Source: an uncultured virus (IMG/VR IMGVR_UViG_3300042446_001322) (taxonomy: Duplodnaviria; Heunggongvirae; Uroviricota; Caudoviricetes). From it: a DNA stretch of 56,305 nt. A model generated the notes under the pieces. It did no database searches. It had not been told where the DNA came from and saw only the letters and a list, made by a program, of their open reading frames with translations. Both the position numbers and the translations under genes were made by a program. Below are positions 41,722 to 51,084 of this stretch, piece after piece. Location: IMG/VR virus record IMGVR_UViG_3300042446_001322. The stretch is one strand, 5' to 3'. Numbering within the stretch: position 1 is the stretch's first letter; each line of letters starts with the position of its first letter.

Positions 41722-42414
41722 CTATTTCTTTTTAAATTGTTCTTCAAAATCTACAAACCAGTCAATTAAAGCTACACCTTTTTTTATTTCAGGTATTTCA
41801 AAATTTGGACATACATCAGAGTTTTCATCATACCAATTAATTATATCAATTAGTGTTTTCATATCTTCCTCAGTATACATTCTATCAGCTTGCCATAAAG
41901 CACCATTAATAAATGAATGTCTATCTGATGGGATACAGTTTATGTAATGTCTTTCAGCAGCTTCTTCTAATGTTTCTTGTTTAGGTTCTTCTTGTGGTAT
42001 AGTGATTTTGTAATATAAATCCCATTCTCCTTTAGTTTCCCAACTTTCTATTCTAACAAACTCACAAGAACTATTCTTCACATACCACTCCAAGAACTCA
42101 TCATCTATTGCTTGTACACCATCAGCAATTAGCTTTTTGTCTGTTGTTAGGATGATTTTTTTAAATACAATACCATATTTTCCATTATCAGAAATTACTT
42201 GTTCAGTTACTCTACCAATTTGTGTATTAAATAATGAAGTTCCAATAGTATGACACCAATCACCAACTTTTATATCTTCATCAGAAGTGATGTAGATGTG
42301 TTGACCTGTTACATAAAATGTACTTCTTCTAGTGTAACATAATTCTTTTCCTTTATCAGCATAAAAGAGATTACTTTCTCCTTCTGTTGGTAATATGTGT
42401 ATATTTTTTTCCAT
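41722..42414 (-). CDS. Hypothetical phage protein
   Basis: 230-aa ORF ending EQFKKK. Confidence 0.7.
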   Translation of the reverse strand: MEKNIHILPTEGESNLFYADKGKELCYTRRSTFYVTGQHIYITSDEDIKVGDWCHTIGTSLFNTQIGRVTEQVISDNGKYGIVFKKIILTTDKKLIADGVQAIDDEFLEWYVKNSSCEFVRIESWETKGEWDLYYKITIPQEEPKQETLEEAAERHYINCIPSDRHSFINGALWQADRMYTEEDMKTLIDIINWYDENSDVCPNFEIPEIKKGVALIDWFVDFEEQFKKK

Positions 42415-42425
42415 AATTATTTAAG

Positions 42426-42689
42426 TTAAACTAATGCAAAATCTTCTTCAAGAACCTCTTCTGCTTTCTTAGTCTTGCTTGTACTTACTACAGCAAATCT
42501 ATTAGCATTATAATATTCATAAGGAAAACATCCATTAAGGTTTATTTCTTCTAACTCATATCCATATGTGTTAGCTTGAATACCCATATTTATTACTCTG
42601 ACCACTGTGTAGAATTGATCTTCTACTAGCCATTGACTTAAAGGAATCTTATTGGGTTTATTTTTTGAATTAATGCATTTGACTTTCAC
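42426..42689 (-). CDS. Hypothetical protein
   Basis: 87 aa with a GTG start overlapping clpS. Confidence 0.6.
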   Translation of the reverse strand: MKVKCINSKNKPNKIPLSQWLVEDQFYTVVRVINMGIQANTYGYELEEINLNGCFPYEYYNANRFAVVSTSKTKKAEEVLEEDFALV

Positions 42690-42918
42690 CTATCTCTACA
42701 TTTAATTCTAGATCAGATAATTGGTTATATATATTAAAGATGTCATCAAAGCCACCGGATTTAATATCATATGAACCTATATTATCTACTATTACAGCAC
42801 ACTGTTCTGCTTGATCAGGTGTATGTTTACATACTTTAATGAGACAAGCTATGATATATAAAAAATCATGGTGATCATCATTGTATAATGTTATTTTATG
42901 TGTCTTTTCCAAAACCAT
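42670..42918 (-). CDS. clpS: ATP-dependent Clp protease adaptor ClpS
   Basis: HKITLYNDDHHDFLYII..LIKVC.H...QAEQCA.IV...G. Confidence 0.85.
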   Translation of the reverse strand: MVLEKTHKITLYNDDHHDFLYIIACLIKVCKHTPDQAEQCAVIVDNIGSYDIKSGGFDDIFNIYNQLSDLELNVEIGESQMH

Positions 42919-42934
42919 GTTTATATATATTAAT

Positions 42935-43447
42935 TTACAAATTATTTTCCTTAGTTCCTACTATTATTGTGTTTCCTACTTTATTCATGGACTCAACAAT
43001 ATCAGTAAAACCTTTACCATATGGATCTACATAGTCTGTGTAAGACTTAAAGTAACCTTTACCAGTTAATGTTTCTATATTCTTAATTAATAAACTCATT
43101 CTTGATTTATTATCAAATTCAAGTTGGATTAAATCCCATCTTGCTGATGCAATTTTAGCTAAAAATAAGTTTAATCTAGTATTAAATTCATCTTTTATGT
43201 GAATTTTATGACTATAATCATCAAAAATTTGTATTAGGGTCATTAAAGCATTAGCATCAGTATTACCAAATACATTCATTGGTTCTTTAATATACTCTTC
43301 AGACCATTCATGCCATTCAGATACATCTTTCTTTAATGCATACTTAAACTTTTTATTCTTTTTCATTTCATCAATATCATAAAGAGCACTAGATATTTTT
43401 ACCAGTGCTCTTATAAATTTGACATTGTCTTCATCATATTCTGCCAT
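42935..43447 (-). CDS. Hypothetical protein
   Basis: 170-aa ORF. Confidence 0.65.
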   Translation of the reverse strand: MAEYDEDNVKFIRALVKISSALYDIDEMKKNKKFKYALKKDVSEWHEWSEEYIKEPMNVFGNTDANALMTLIQIFDDYSHKIHIKDEFNTRLNLFLAKIASARWDLIQLEFDNKSRMSLLIKNIETLTGKGYFKSYTDYVDPYGKGFTDIVESMNKVGNTIIVGTKENNL

Positions 43448-43532
43448 AATTAGTGATGTATTATATCATAAAGCATTAAGCTTGCAATTATATACCCAAT
43501 TATGAATGCCGCTAATGCTACAAGTACTTTTT

Positions 43533-45138
43533 TCATATATCTATATAAATTAAAAATGATATTTTACGTTTAAGACTAGGATAAGTCTTGATTAAATAAG
43601 TTGTTAACTCATCATCCTTATCTTCTTTACTATAGTGAAACTCAGCATATGAATACTTAATTTTAGGTATTAAAGAATGTTCTCTTAATTTTACTGGGAT
43701 AGAAGATAAATCTATCACTGTTCTTGTTATTTTATACATATTAAATTTTTTTTAAAATTAAGCATCCGTTTGAGTCAAGCTTTGGTAAGCCCATATTAGT
43801 TTTGATACCGTCTCTGTTTTACTCTCATCTCTAAAAAAGCATTTGCTACAACTAATAAGACTAAAATTATAAATACATTCATTATTCATTTTCAATATTT
43901 AATTCAGCAAAATAGTCATCCCATTTTTTACTGTGATTAGCTTTAATTTCAGCCATATCCTTCAAAGTTGCTTGGTCATCTTTTAATTTAATCATTTCAA
44001 TACACATTTGAATCATATCCACCTGCGTATATTCAATACTAAAACCTACACCCTGCATCATTAACATTAGCATATTAACATCTTTTTCATAGTCCTTTAT
44101 TTGAACCTTTTTTTCTTTAATTACATTTGTTTCCATATTATAATCTTTTTAAAATTAAACATCCATCTTCATCTAAATAAGGTATTTGTTCAGGATGATT
44201 GCATCCATCTTCATCGCATCCATATTGCATTCCACATACATATGTATCTGATGGATGAGGGCATATTAACTCAACCTCAACTTCAATTTCTGTTGGTTGT
44301 TGTAGTGATTGGATATAATTATCAGTTAATTCTTGATAAGTTTTTCCACATTTTTCAAATGGATTACTTAATAGTATCTTACATAGTTCTACAACTTCTT
44401 TTACACCAAACAACTTATCTTTATTCAACTCCATCGCTTTGTTAAAACCTTTGATAAAACAAAGAACAGCACCATTAGATAAGTCAATTTCTTTTTTATC
44501 TTCACCAAATATATCACACACAAAATCCTCAGCCAACTTCCCAACATTAACTACTCCAAATATCTCATCACAGTTTTGTTTAGATAATTTACCTTCTTGT
44601 AAAAAATCTTTAATAACTTCATCATTAGAATCTAACCAATATCCATTACTATCTTTAACTAGTTTTGCTTTCATAATTTTATAAGTTTAAATATTTTATT
44701 TTCTGTACTCTCCTTTTTTATAAACTACAAAACAGTCTGATTTCCTATTCTCTCTTACTGATACTACTATATTATCAGACCACTCAGTTATCCAACAATA
44801 ATTTTTACCATCATTAGATATTTTACCCTGCTCTATTACATGTCTTACTTTAGATAATGCTAGAGCAGGGTTAATATCATTTCTTACATCAATGTGTATT
44901 TTCATAGTTTTTCCAATTCAGATTTAACTTCTAGCCAATAATCATAAGATGCTTGTAAATCAATGTCTCTATAATCAAAACATTGTTTCATTATCTCATT
45001 AACTGCAATTATTGCAAGTTGTTTAGCATCATATAAACATATACCTCTTTCTTCTAGTTTACTATCTACACCAATTATAGTAATATCATATTGATAATAC
45101 TTATTAAATAGTGAGTCAGCTTTATCTTTTGGTGTCAT
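43533..45138 (-). other. Cluster of small hypothetical ORFs (43533-43739, 43882-44136, 44138-44674, 44696-44905, 44902-45138)
   Basis: Packed, co-oriented ORFs with ATGA overlaps. Confidence 0.6.
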
Positions 45139-45285
45139 AACTTAATATTAAAATCTTTCCACTCTATTTTACTCTGATCAAATCCTGATAATGCTTCAGT
45201 AACCCAACTCTTATCAATAGTATCTATATAACATAGTATATGAATAGTAGCTGTCTCATCAACTGCTAGTCTTAAGCACCTACCT
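45135..45285 (-). CDS. SF2 helicase, exon 2 (not in ORF track)
   Basis: GRCLRLAVDETATIHILCYIDTIDKSWVTEALSGFDQSKIEWKDFNIKL completes motif VI (QRIGRCLR). Confidence 0.88.
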
Positions 45286-46183
45286 CTAAGTGCATTTTTT
45301 GTCCAACAAAAGTAAGTAATGTTGAACTCTTACATTTCTGTAAGGATTGGACTATATCTTTATTTGCATATGCTAGTTTATAACCAGCAACTTCTTTATT
45401 CATTTTAAGCATGTTAGTAACACAACTTCTTGATAATTTTAATATGTCACGTACTTCTCTTACAGATTCAGTAATAGTTATAATTAAATCATCTGTATCA
45501 AAAATAATAATAGGTTTACTTGTTGCATTAAGCAAACCTTTTTTATTTTTCATTACATTATTTTCAAGTTGTCTTTTACTTAAAGATTTTTTATGTGCTT
45601 CAGTAACCTTCCACTGAGAAGTAACAGGATATTTATCAAAGGATTCACCATGTATTCTCCATACAAACCCAAAAGCGGTTCTTCTACCATGTTTACCTTT
45701 TGTAACACCTGATATTTTCCCATTATTTTTTTTATCTCCTGAAACTGCTAATGAAGCATCACTTAAACTTTTATGAGTATTTATAAGAGTTCCTTGTAAA
45801 TCATATTGATCTACTTTAAATCTTACAGTTTCTAAACGTGCTTCAGAATGCTTATAACCTGCAGTACCTTCACCACCTATGGTAGAGTTAACTAAACGAT
45901 ATCCTAATTTTTTATAATCATGAATAGTTTTAATTTCTGCTTGCTTTGATTCTGCAATAGTATCAAAACTATCTATTAACTGAATAATAGGTTTTTGATT
46001 TTTGTTTAGTAATGATTTAACCCAACAATGTCTATAGTGTCTGCCATTTTTGTTTTTGAAAGCTTGCCTGCATGAAGCAAGATGTTGACTCAACCTTGAA
46101 ACTAACTTTTGTTGAGTTATCCCAATATATCTGACACCTTTGTCGTCACTTAATGAATAAAGTTTATATTTTTTATCTTCCAT
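45272..46183 (-). CDS. Intron-encoded GIY-YIG homing endonuclease (likely start MEDKK)
   Basis: KLYSL...RYIGIT...RL.QH, AEIKTI, LVNSTIGGEG and NUMOD-like TAFGFVW. The track start at 46303 lies inside the ribozyme core. Confidence 0.85.
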   Translation of the reverse strand: MEDKKYKLYSLSDDKGVRYIGITQQKLVSRLSQHLASCRQAFKNKNGRHYRHCWVKSLLNKNQKPIIQLIDSFDTIAESKQAEIKTIHDYKKLGYRLVNSTIGGEGTAGYKHSEARLETVRFKVDQYDLQGTLINTHKSLSDASLAVSGDKKNNGKISGVTKGKHGRRTAFGFVWRIHGESFDKYPVTSQWKVTEAHKKSLSKRQLENNVMKNKKGLLNATSKPIIIFDTDDLIITITESVREVRDILKLSRSCVTNMLKMNKEVAGYKLAYANKDIVQSLQKCKSSTLLTFVGQKMHLEVGA

Positions 46184-46397
46184 ACCTCTGTGTGTTATAC
46201 AGAGTAAAGGTAGACATAAAATACTTAATATGCAAATATCCCCCGTTTCCATGTGGTTACTAATCACACGTACTCTATTTCTAGATAGTCTCTGAACCTT
46301 CATAAGCGGACTGCTTAGGCTTGGCTGCTGATTGGCATATCATTTCTGACTTAGCTTTCCAGACAATTAAAGGGATTTAAAGAGGACAGGTATGTTT
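45286..46397 (-). mobile_element. Group I intron in the SF2 helicase gene
   Basis: P1 pairs GAGGAU with GUCCUC (U-G at the splice site). Core elements: AAUCAGCAGCCAAG (46320-33), UCAGAGACUA (46286-95), P8 AUUUGCAUA/UAUGCAAAU enclosing the ORF, AAGAUAUAGUCC (45349-60). Terminal G at 45286. Confidence 0.92.
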
Positions 46398-47347
46398 ATC
46401 CTCTGACTGGCCTTACGCTCATTACCATATGCATGTAAAATAATGCATTGCTTTAACTGAGGAATATTAATACCCTCACTTAACTGCAATACACATGATA
46501 GTTTGGTAATATTACCTGACTTAAACATTTCTAGATTCTCATTAGACTCAGGATTATTACTATGATAGCTATTTGTGCATAACACATCAGCCTGTTCTTG
46601 AGTATTAGCAAATATTATACACTTAGAACTAATTGAGTTACTCAATAGTTTAGTATACTTTTCTTTACTTGGATACTCCATCATAGCTTTCATCCTCATG
46701 ATTCTACTTATCTGTTGTTCTTTACCTGGTCTAGACATATCTATTCTATTACACCAGTATTGATAATTAGCTGCTTCAGTAGTAAAGAATTGTTTATACT
46801 TACTACCTGCTTTTACATTCTTGTTGACGTTATCTAGTTTAATCTCATGTACAATGATTTTATAATCATTTAAGATATTATCATTAACAGCATCATCAGT
46901 AAGGTATTCATAACATATTGGATAGAACTCTTGCATCATTTCACCTTTCTCACTATATGTATTTTTAGGAGGAGTACCGGTTAATCCTAAGATTTTACCG
47001 GTATACTCATCCAAAAATGTTCTATGTGTAGGTAATAATGAGTGAGCCTCATCAAAGTATATCATATCATACTCTCTAGGATCAAGCTTATTCAAACTTA
47101 AATAAGTTGTGAACTTAACATTATCCATAAGATGTGACTTTTTAAACTTTATTGCTTCAGCTCTCCAAGATGTAAAGATACTTAACTTAGGTGCTACTAC
47201 TAATACATTCATTAAAGGAGTCATGTTTTTCTCCATGTGTAATAAGGCTACTAAAGTCTTGCCAATTCCTGTTGCTAATGATAATCCAGATCTTTTTTTC
47301 TTATCAGTAGCATTTAATGCAAGTTCTTGAATTTCTTCTCTTTTCAT
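46398..47347 (-). CDS. Superfamily 2 (DExH) helicase, exon 1
   Basis: LATGIGKT, FDEAH, GLTGTP, LSEGINIP and SQRI motifs. Confidence 0.88.
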
Positions 47348-47369
47348 CTTTTTATAGTTTTAAAATTAA

Positions 47370-48110
47370 TTATACAACAAATACATTTTTTTGTATAAAA
47401 GTCATAGCTGTAACCATATCAGTCATAGTTTTAATCTGATTAATATTTTTATCAACATTAATTAATGTTGCATGATGATTATAACCAGGACTATCATAAG
47501 ATTTAATAAATACTTTTAAAAATTGATGTTTAACCCATCTATCAGCTTTACCTATCTTAATGAACATATCACTAAATCCTTTACACATTGCTTCTGCATT
47601 TGGATTACTAATTCTAAATGCACCTGTTTTTAGTAATTGACTTGCAGAAGAAACTCCATTATACCCAATTTCACTATTACAGATATTAGCAATCATTAAT
47701 GGTTCAAGATTATATAAATTCTTAAATTGTTTAAGTGTTAAATAATCAGGAATATCAAACATCCATGCATTAACATAATCCATTAATTGCCATGATTTAG
47801 ATGAATTATTATAAAAAGCTATTTTTTTAATAATATCAGCTTTATCACTAACTTCAATAAATCTATATTCTACAGGTTGATCTTCTCTTTGACAAGCATG
47901 TATTAAATGTTGACCATCAATCACATATGTTTTTAACTCACCATCAATTACTGCTGTTTTAATACATATTACTTGTCTAGTAACACCCATTTCTCTTATA
48001 CTTTGTACTAATTTTTCAACTTGTGCTGAATCAATATTTCTATTCATTGGTAAATAGTTAAACATTGAATAATCTGTTGTTGTTGCTATTTGAATTATAC
48101 TTTTTTTCAT
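47370..48110 (-). CDS. ParB-like N-terminal domain protein
   Basis: NRNI....V.KL..SI..MG...YVIDGQH. Confidence 0.7.
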   Translation of the reverse strand: MKKSIIQIATTTDYSMFNYLPMNRNIDSAQVEKLVQSIREMGVTRQVICIKTAVIDGELKTYVIDGQHLIHACQREDQPVEYRFIEVSDKADIIKKIAFYNNSSKSWQLMDYVNAWMFDIPDYLTLKQFKNLYNLEPLMIANICNSEIGYNGVSSASQLLKTGAFRISNPNAEAMCKGFSDMFIKIGKADRWVKHQFLKVFIKSYDSPGYNHHATLINVDKNINQIKTMTDMVTAMTFIQKNVFVV

Positions 48111-48147
48111 CTTTTTTAGTTTTAATTTCAGTTAATATTCTTTTCAT

Positions 48148-48540
48148 TTATTTTAACCATCCCATTATCCTAGCATCTGCTGGATTTTCATGAATATGGT
48201 TGTGGCAGTTACGACAAGTTACTAGCCAGGTACTCTGTATTAAATAAAATGCATCTCTATTAGAACCTGCATGTGTATGATGGATATCTGTACCCATATT
48301 AGTACATCCTCCAACTTTAATTTGACATAACGGAAACTTTTCCATATGTTTAGTCCTTAATTTAAGATACTCAACATCAAGTTTCTTTCTTTTTGCAGAA
48401 ACTTGTGGTATCACCTTATGATCAGGATCTTTAGACTGAATTTTACCCCAGCAATATTTACAATACTTATTGCCTTCAAAGTTTTTCCAGATATATTGCT
48501 CAGATTCACAACCTGAACAATATTTCTTTTTCTTTTCCAT
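48148..48540 (-). CDS. HNH/Zn-binding nuclease-like protein
   Basis: CSGC..CKYC and CQIKVGGC...DIHH...CRNCHNHIH motifs. Confidence 0.65.
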   Translation of the reverse strand: MEKKKKYCSGCESEQYIWKNFEGNKYCKYCWGKIQSKDPDHKVIPQVSAKRKKLDVEYLKLRTKHMEKFPLCQIKVGGCTNMGTDIHHTHAGSNRDAFYLIQSTWLVTCRNCHNHIHENPADARIMGWLK

Positions 48541-48788
48541 TACCAGCTTGTTACATTATTGATACAATAATTGGTACCAGGGTGTGCATTCATCCAATCT
48601 CCTTCTTGAAGATAAAACTTTTTATTATTTCCGCTACAGTCATTTTCAATTACTACACTATAGTCTGTAACATCATCTGACTGTACTAAACCACAGTTAC
48701 ATGGTTTATTAGGAGTTGGTTCTTCTTTTTTACAACTATAAGTGAAGCCTGCTGTTATTATTGTTATTATCAGTATTATCTTTTTCAT
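48540..48788 (-). CDS. Cys-rich lipoprotein
   Basis: Signal peptide with lipobox MKKIILIITIITAGFTYSC-KKEE. The downstream ATG is preferred over the track start. Confidence 0.7.
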   Translation of the reverse strand: MKKIILIITIITAGFTYSCKKEEPTPNKPCNCGLVQSDDVTDYSVVIENDCSGNNKKFYLQEGDWMNAHPGTNYCINNVTSW

Positions 48789-48960
48789 CTGTTTTAGTTT
48801 TATTTTCAATATAATATTGCATTCCATCTAGCATTATTTCATTCTGTTGCTTTTCCATATCTAATGCATGTTTAAAAGCAATTTCCCATTCAGTGTAATT
48901 AAAAGGTTCATCTTTTTGACCTTCTAACATTCTTATTAGCCATTGTACTGCTGTTTCCAT
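48736..48960 (-). CDS. Hypothetical protein (METAVQWL)
   Basis: Starts directly after the junction motif. Confidence 0.55.
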   Translation of the reverse strand: METAVQWLIRMLEGQKDEPFNYTEWEIAFKHALDMEKQQNEIMLDGMQYYIENKTKTDEKDNTDNNNNNSRLHL

Positions 48961-48982
48961 TTTACTTTGATTTAAATGTTAA

Positions 48983-49078
48983 TTACTTTAATCGTTTTCT
49001 AATAATAAATGATGCTATACCAATTATTAAAAAAGGCAATGCTATATCCCAATTCTCTGGGTGAAATCCTATTTCCAT
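48983..49078 (-). CDS. 31-aa membrane peptide, not in ORF track
   Basis: MEIGFHPENWDIALPFLIIGIASFIIRKRLK. Flanked by junction motifs. Confidence 0.55.
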   Translation of the reverse strand: MEIGFHPENWDIALPFLIIGIASFIIRKRLK

Positions 49079-49096
49079 CTTATTCTGATTTAAAAG

Positions 49097-49273
49097 TTAA
49101 TCTAAAAAACCAATTACCCACATAGGACAAAATATTAACCATACTAAAAAACGTTCTTGTAAGCTAACTGCTAAATTGTCTTTTCCTATTTTTTTACAGT
49201 CTTTCCTCCAAATAAGGTAGAATGGTATAAATAACACAAATTGCAATAATATACATATAAATATTTTATTCAT
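49097..49273 (-). CDS. 58-aa two-TM protein, not in ORF track
   Basis: MNKIFICILLQFVLFIPFYLIWRKDCKK...WLIFCPMWVIGFLD. Flanked by junction motifs. Confidence 0.6.
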   Translation of the reverse strand: MNKIFICILLQFVLFIPFYLIWRKDCKKIGKDNLAVSLQERFLVWLIFCPMWVIGFLD

Positions 49274-49285
49274 CTTATTCTGATT

Positions 49286-49492
49286 TTACCCACATTGATA
49301 TTGTTCCCCCTTTTGCGCAACAGCATCTAACACCCTAAATAAAGGAACTAATATAGTACCATTGGTATAAACTTCTTCTTTATCTTTAAAACTATAATCA
49401 ATTATAAAATCAATTATTTTAAGTTGCTCATCTGTCATACCAGCTAATCTGCTTTTTACAGATACATCATTTTTTATTTCTTCTCTGTCCAT
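49286..49492 (-). CDS. Hypothetical protein
   Basis: 68 aa, flanked by junction motifs. Confidence 0.6.
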   Translation of the reverse strand: MDREEIKNDVSVKSRLAGMTDEQLKIIDFIIDYSFKDKEEVYTNGTILVPLFRVLDAVAQKGEQYQCG

Positions 49493-49505
49493 CTTATTCT
49501 GGTTT

Positions 49506-49531
49506 AAAAGGGTAGACTGTTACATCTACCC
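49506..49531 (-). terminator. Intrinsic terminator-like hairpin
   Basis: AAAA-GGGTAGA-ctgttaca-TCTACCC. Confidence 0.65.
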
Positions 49532-49538
49532 GTTAATA

Positions 49539-50039
49539 TTATGCTTTCTTTAATCTTGGTAAAGCATTAAAGTCCCTATCTAACTCATAAAAGTTTTTAG
49601 GTAATATGCCTTCAGTAATAAACACACCAACTATTTGGTCTTTACTGATATTAAGATCTTTAAAAGAGAGTGTATTTTTATAATCTACATCTGTTTCCGT
49701 AGCTTCAACAAAGAACTGTGTCATAGGACTTTCCGGGAATAATGTCTTGAATATAAAATTACTATAAGCATTAGTTACCTTTTGCTTATACAGGTTAATA
49801 ACATTTTGACCTTTCATGTACACTTTGTTTACTCTCTGTTTCTTTTTACTACACATAGTAGCAATTTCATCTTGAGTAAATGCACTTAGACCATATAATG
49901 CTCTTTTATATAAATGATTTTGATAACCGTTATAGTTATCTTTTTCATATTCTGTATAAGTATTACCTCTATACAGTTGATAAGCCTCTAACTTACCTTT
50001 GTACTCTAATTTGTTTTTCTGTTGTAACTCCATGACCAT
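49539..50039 (-). CDS. Hypothetical protein
   Basis: 166-aa ORF. Confidence 0.7.
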   Translation of the reverse strand: MVMELQQKNKLEYKGKLEAYQLYRGNTYTEYEKDNYNGYQNHLYKRALYGLSAFTQDEIATMCSKKKQRVNKVYMKGQNVINLYKQKVTNAYSNFIFKTLFPESPMTQFFVEATETDVDYKNTLSFKDLNISKDQIVGVFITEGILPKNFYELDRDFNALPRLKKA

Positions 50040-50056
50040 TAGTTTTTACAATTAAT

Positions 50057-50085
50057 AAAAAAGGGATAGCTATTACACTATCCCC
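50057..50085 (-). terminator. Intrinsic terminator
   Basis: AAAAAA-GGGATAG-ctattaca-CTATCCC. Confidence 0.7.
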
Positions 50086-50101
50086 TATATACATTTAATA
50101 C

Positions 50102-50569
50102 TTAAATATTGAATTCATCAGATGCTTCAGCATTTATTGCAGATGTTTTAACACCTCCAAATGCATTTCTGATTTGCTCTACATTATCATGTTTAATAAA
50201 TACATCTTCTGCATTTGATGATAATGTGTACAGAGTTTTTCTGTAAATTGGTTCACCTCCAAGAGTACAAACAATACCAGTGTTACCTGCTTGTTTAATA
50301 TCTCTTTCTGGATTTTTTTTGTTGAATGGACTTAATGACTCCAATACTACAATTTTACCACTTAATTCTTGACCACTAAAATAACCTTCTGATTTTAAGT
50401 CTTCTATATGACCTTGAATCAAGGTACTAATAGATCTTTTTCTTAAAAATCCATTATCATCAATAGTGGTTTTTACATTTTCTACTCTTACATATCCATA
50501 ATCTGGATTAGTTGCTGACTGGTTGATAACATTTCCTGTCTCATCTCCAATTACTCTTACTTTACTCAT
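50102..50569 (-). CDS. Hypothetical beta-rich protein with SSB-like acidic tail
   Basis: Ends ASDEFNI. Confidence 0.6.
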   Translation of the reverse strand: MSKVRVIGDETGNVINQSATNPDYGYVRVENVKTTIDDNGFLRKRSISTLIQGHIEDLKSEGYFSGQELSGKIVVLESLSPFNKKNPERDIKQAGNTGIVCTLGGEPIYRKTLYTLSSNAEDVFIKHDNVEQIRNAFGGVKTSAINAEASDEFNI

Positions 50570-50663
50570 AACTTGTGTTTTTGCGATTAATACTTGTTTT
50601 GTTTTTTAATTGATTTGAGTATAATTTTAGCTGTTCCTTGGCCTACTCTTCCAAGTTAAGTTT

Positions 50664-50945
50664 TTACATATCCATACTATCTATTCTATCTAAATCATCT
50701 TGGCTTAAATCCTCAAATGATATTTCTTTAACATTCTCATCATCTATTGAGGTAAATGAGAAGTCATATTCTTTTTCTTTGTGCTTTTCTGTGGAGTTTT
50801 CATCTAGTGCAGATCTAGTGAAGGGATTGTGAATTGATTCACCTGCATTTGTTGATATCAGATACTGTATATCATTATCAGTCATAGACAAATATTGTTC
50901 TATTGTAATGTAGATTACACGTCCCGTAGGTAACTGATATTGCAT
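50664..50945 (-). CDS. Acidic hypothetical protein
   Basis: 93-aa ORF. Confidence 0.65.
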   Translation of the reverse strand: MQYQLPTGRVIYITIEQYLSMTDNDIQYLISTNAGESIHNPFTRSALDENSTEKHKEKEYDFSFTSIDDENVKEISFEDLSQDDLDRIDSMDM

Positions 50946-50956
50946 GTTTTATAAAT

Positions 50957-50974
50957 AAGTCTAAATTTAGACTT
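50957..50974. promoter_or_regulatory. Perfect 18-bp palindrome (operator-like)
   Basis: AAGTCTAAATTTAGACTT, 11 nt upstream of an ATG. Confidence 0.45.
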
Positions 50975-51084
50975 TATATACAAATAATTCAACAGTTTAT
51001 CATTTATTTCAGCATTATATGGCTAAATAATAATGGGGAATATAAATACTCCCCAAATTATTGGTCATGTAGTATACTCAGATA

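Noticed and set aside
51008..51030. dif/Xer-like site (TATGGCTAAAT, inverted copy near 53831)
   Set aside because: Only a partial resemblance to one arm. Could be chance in AT-rich DNA.
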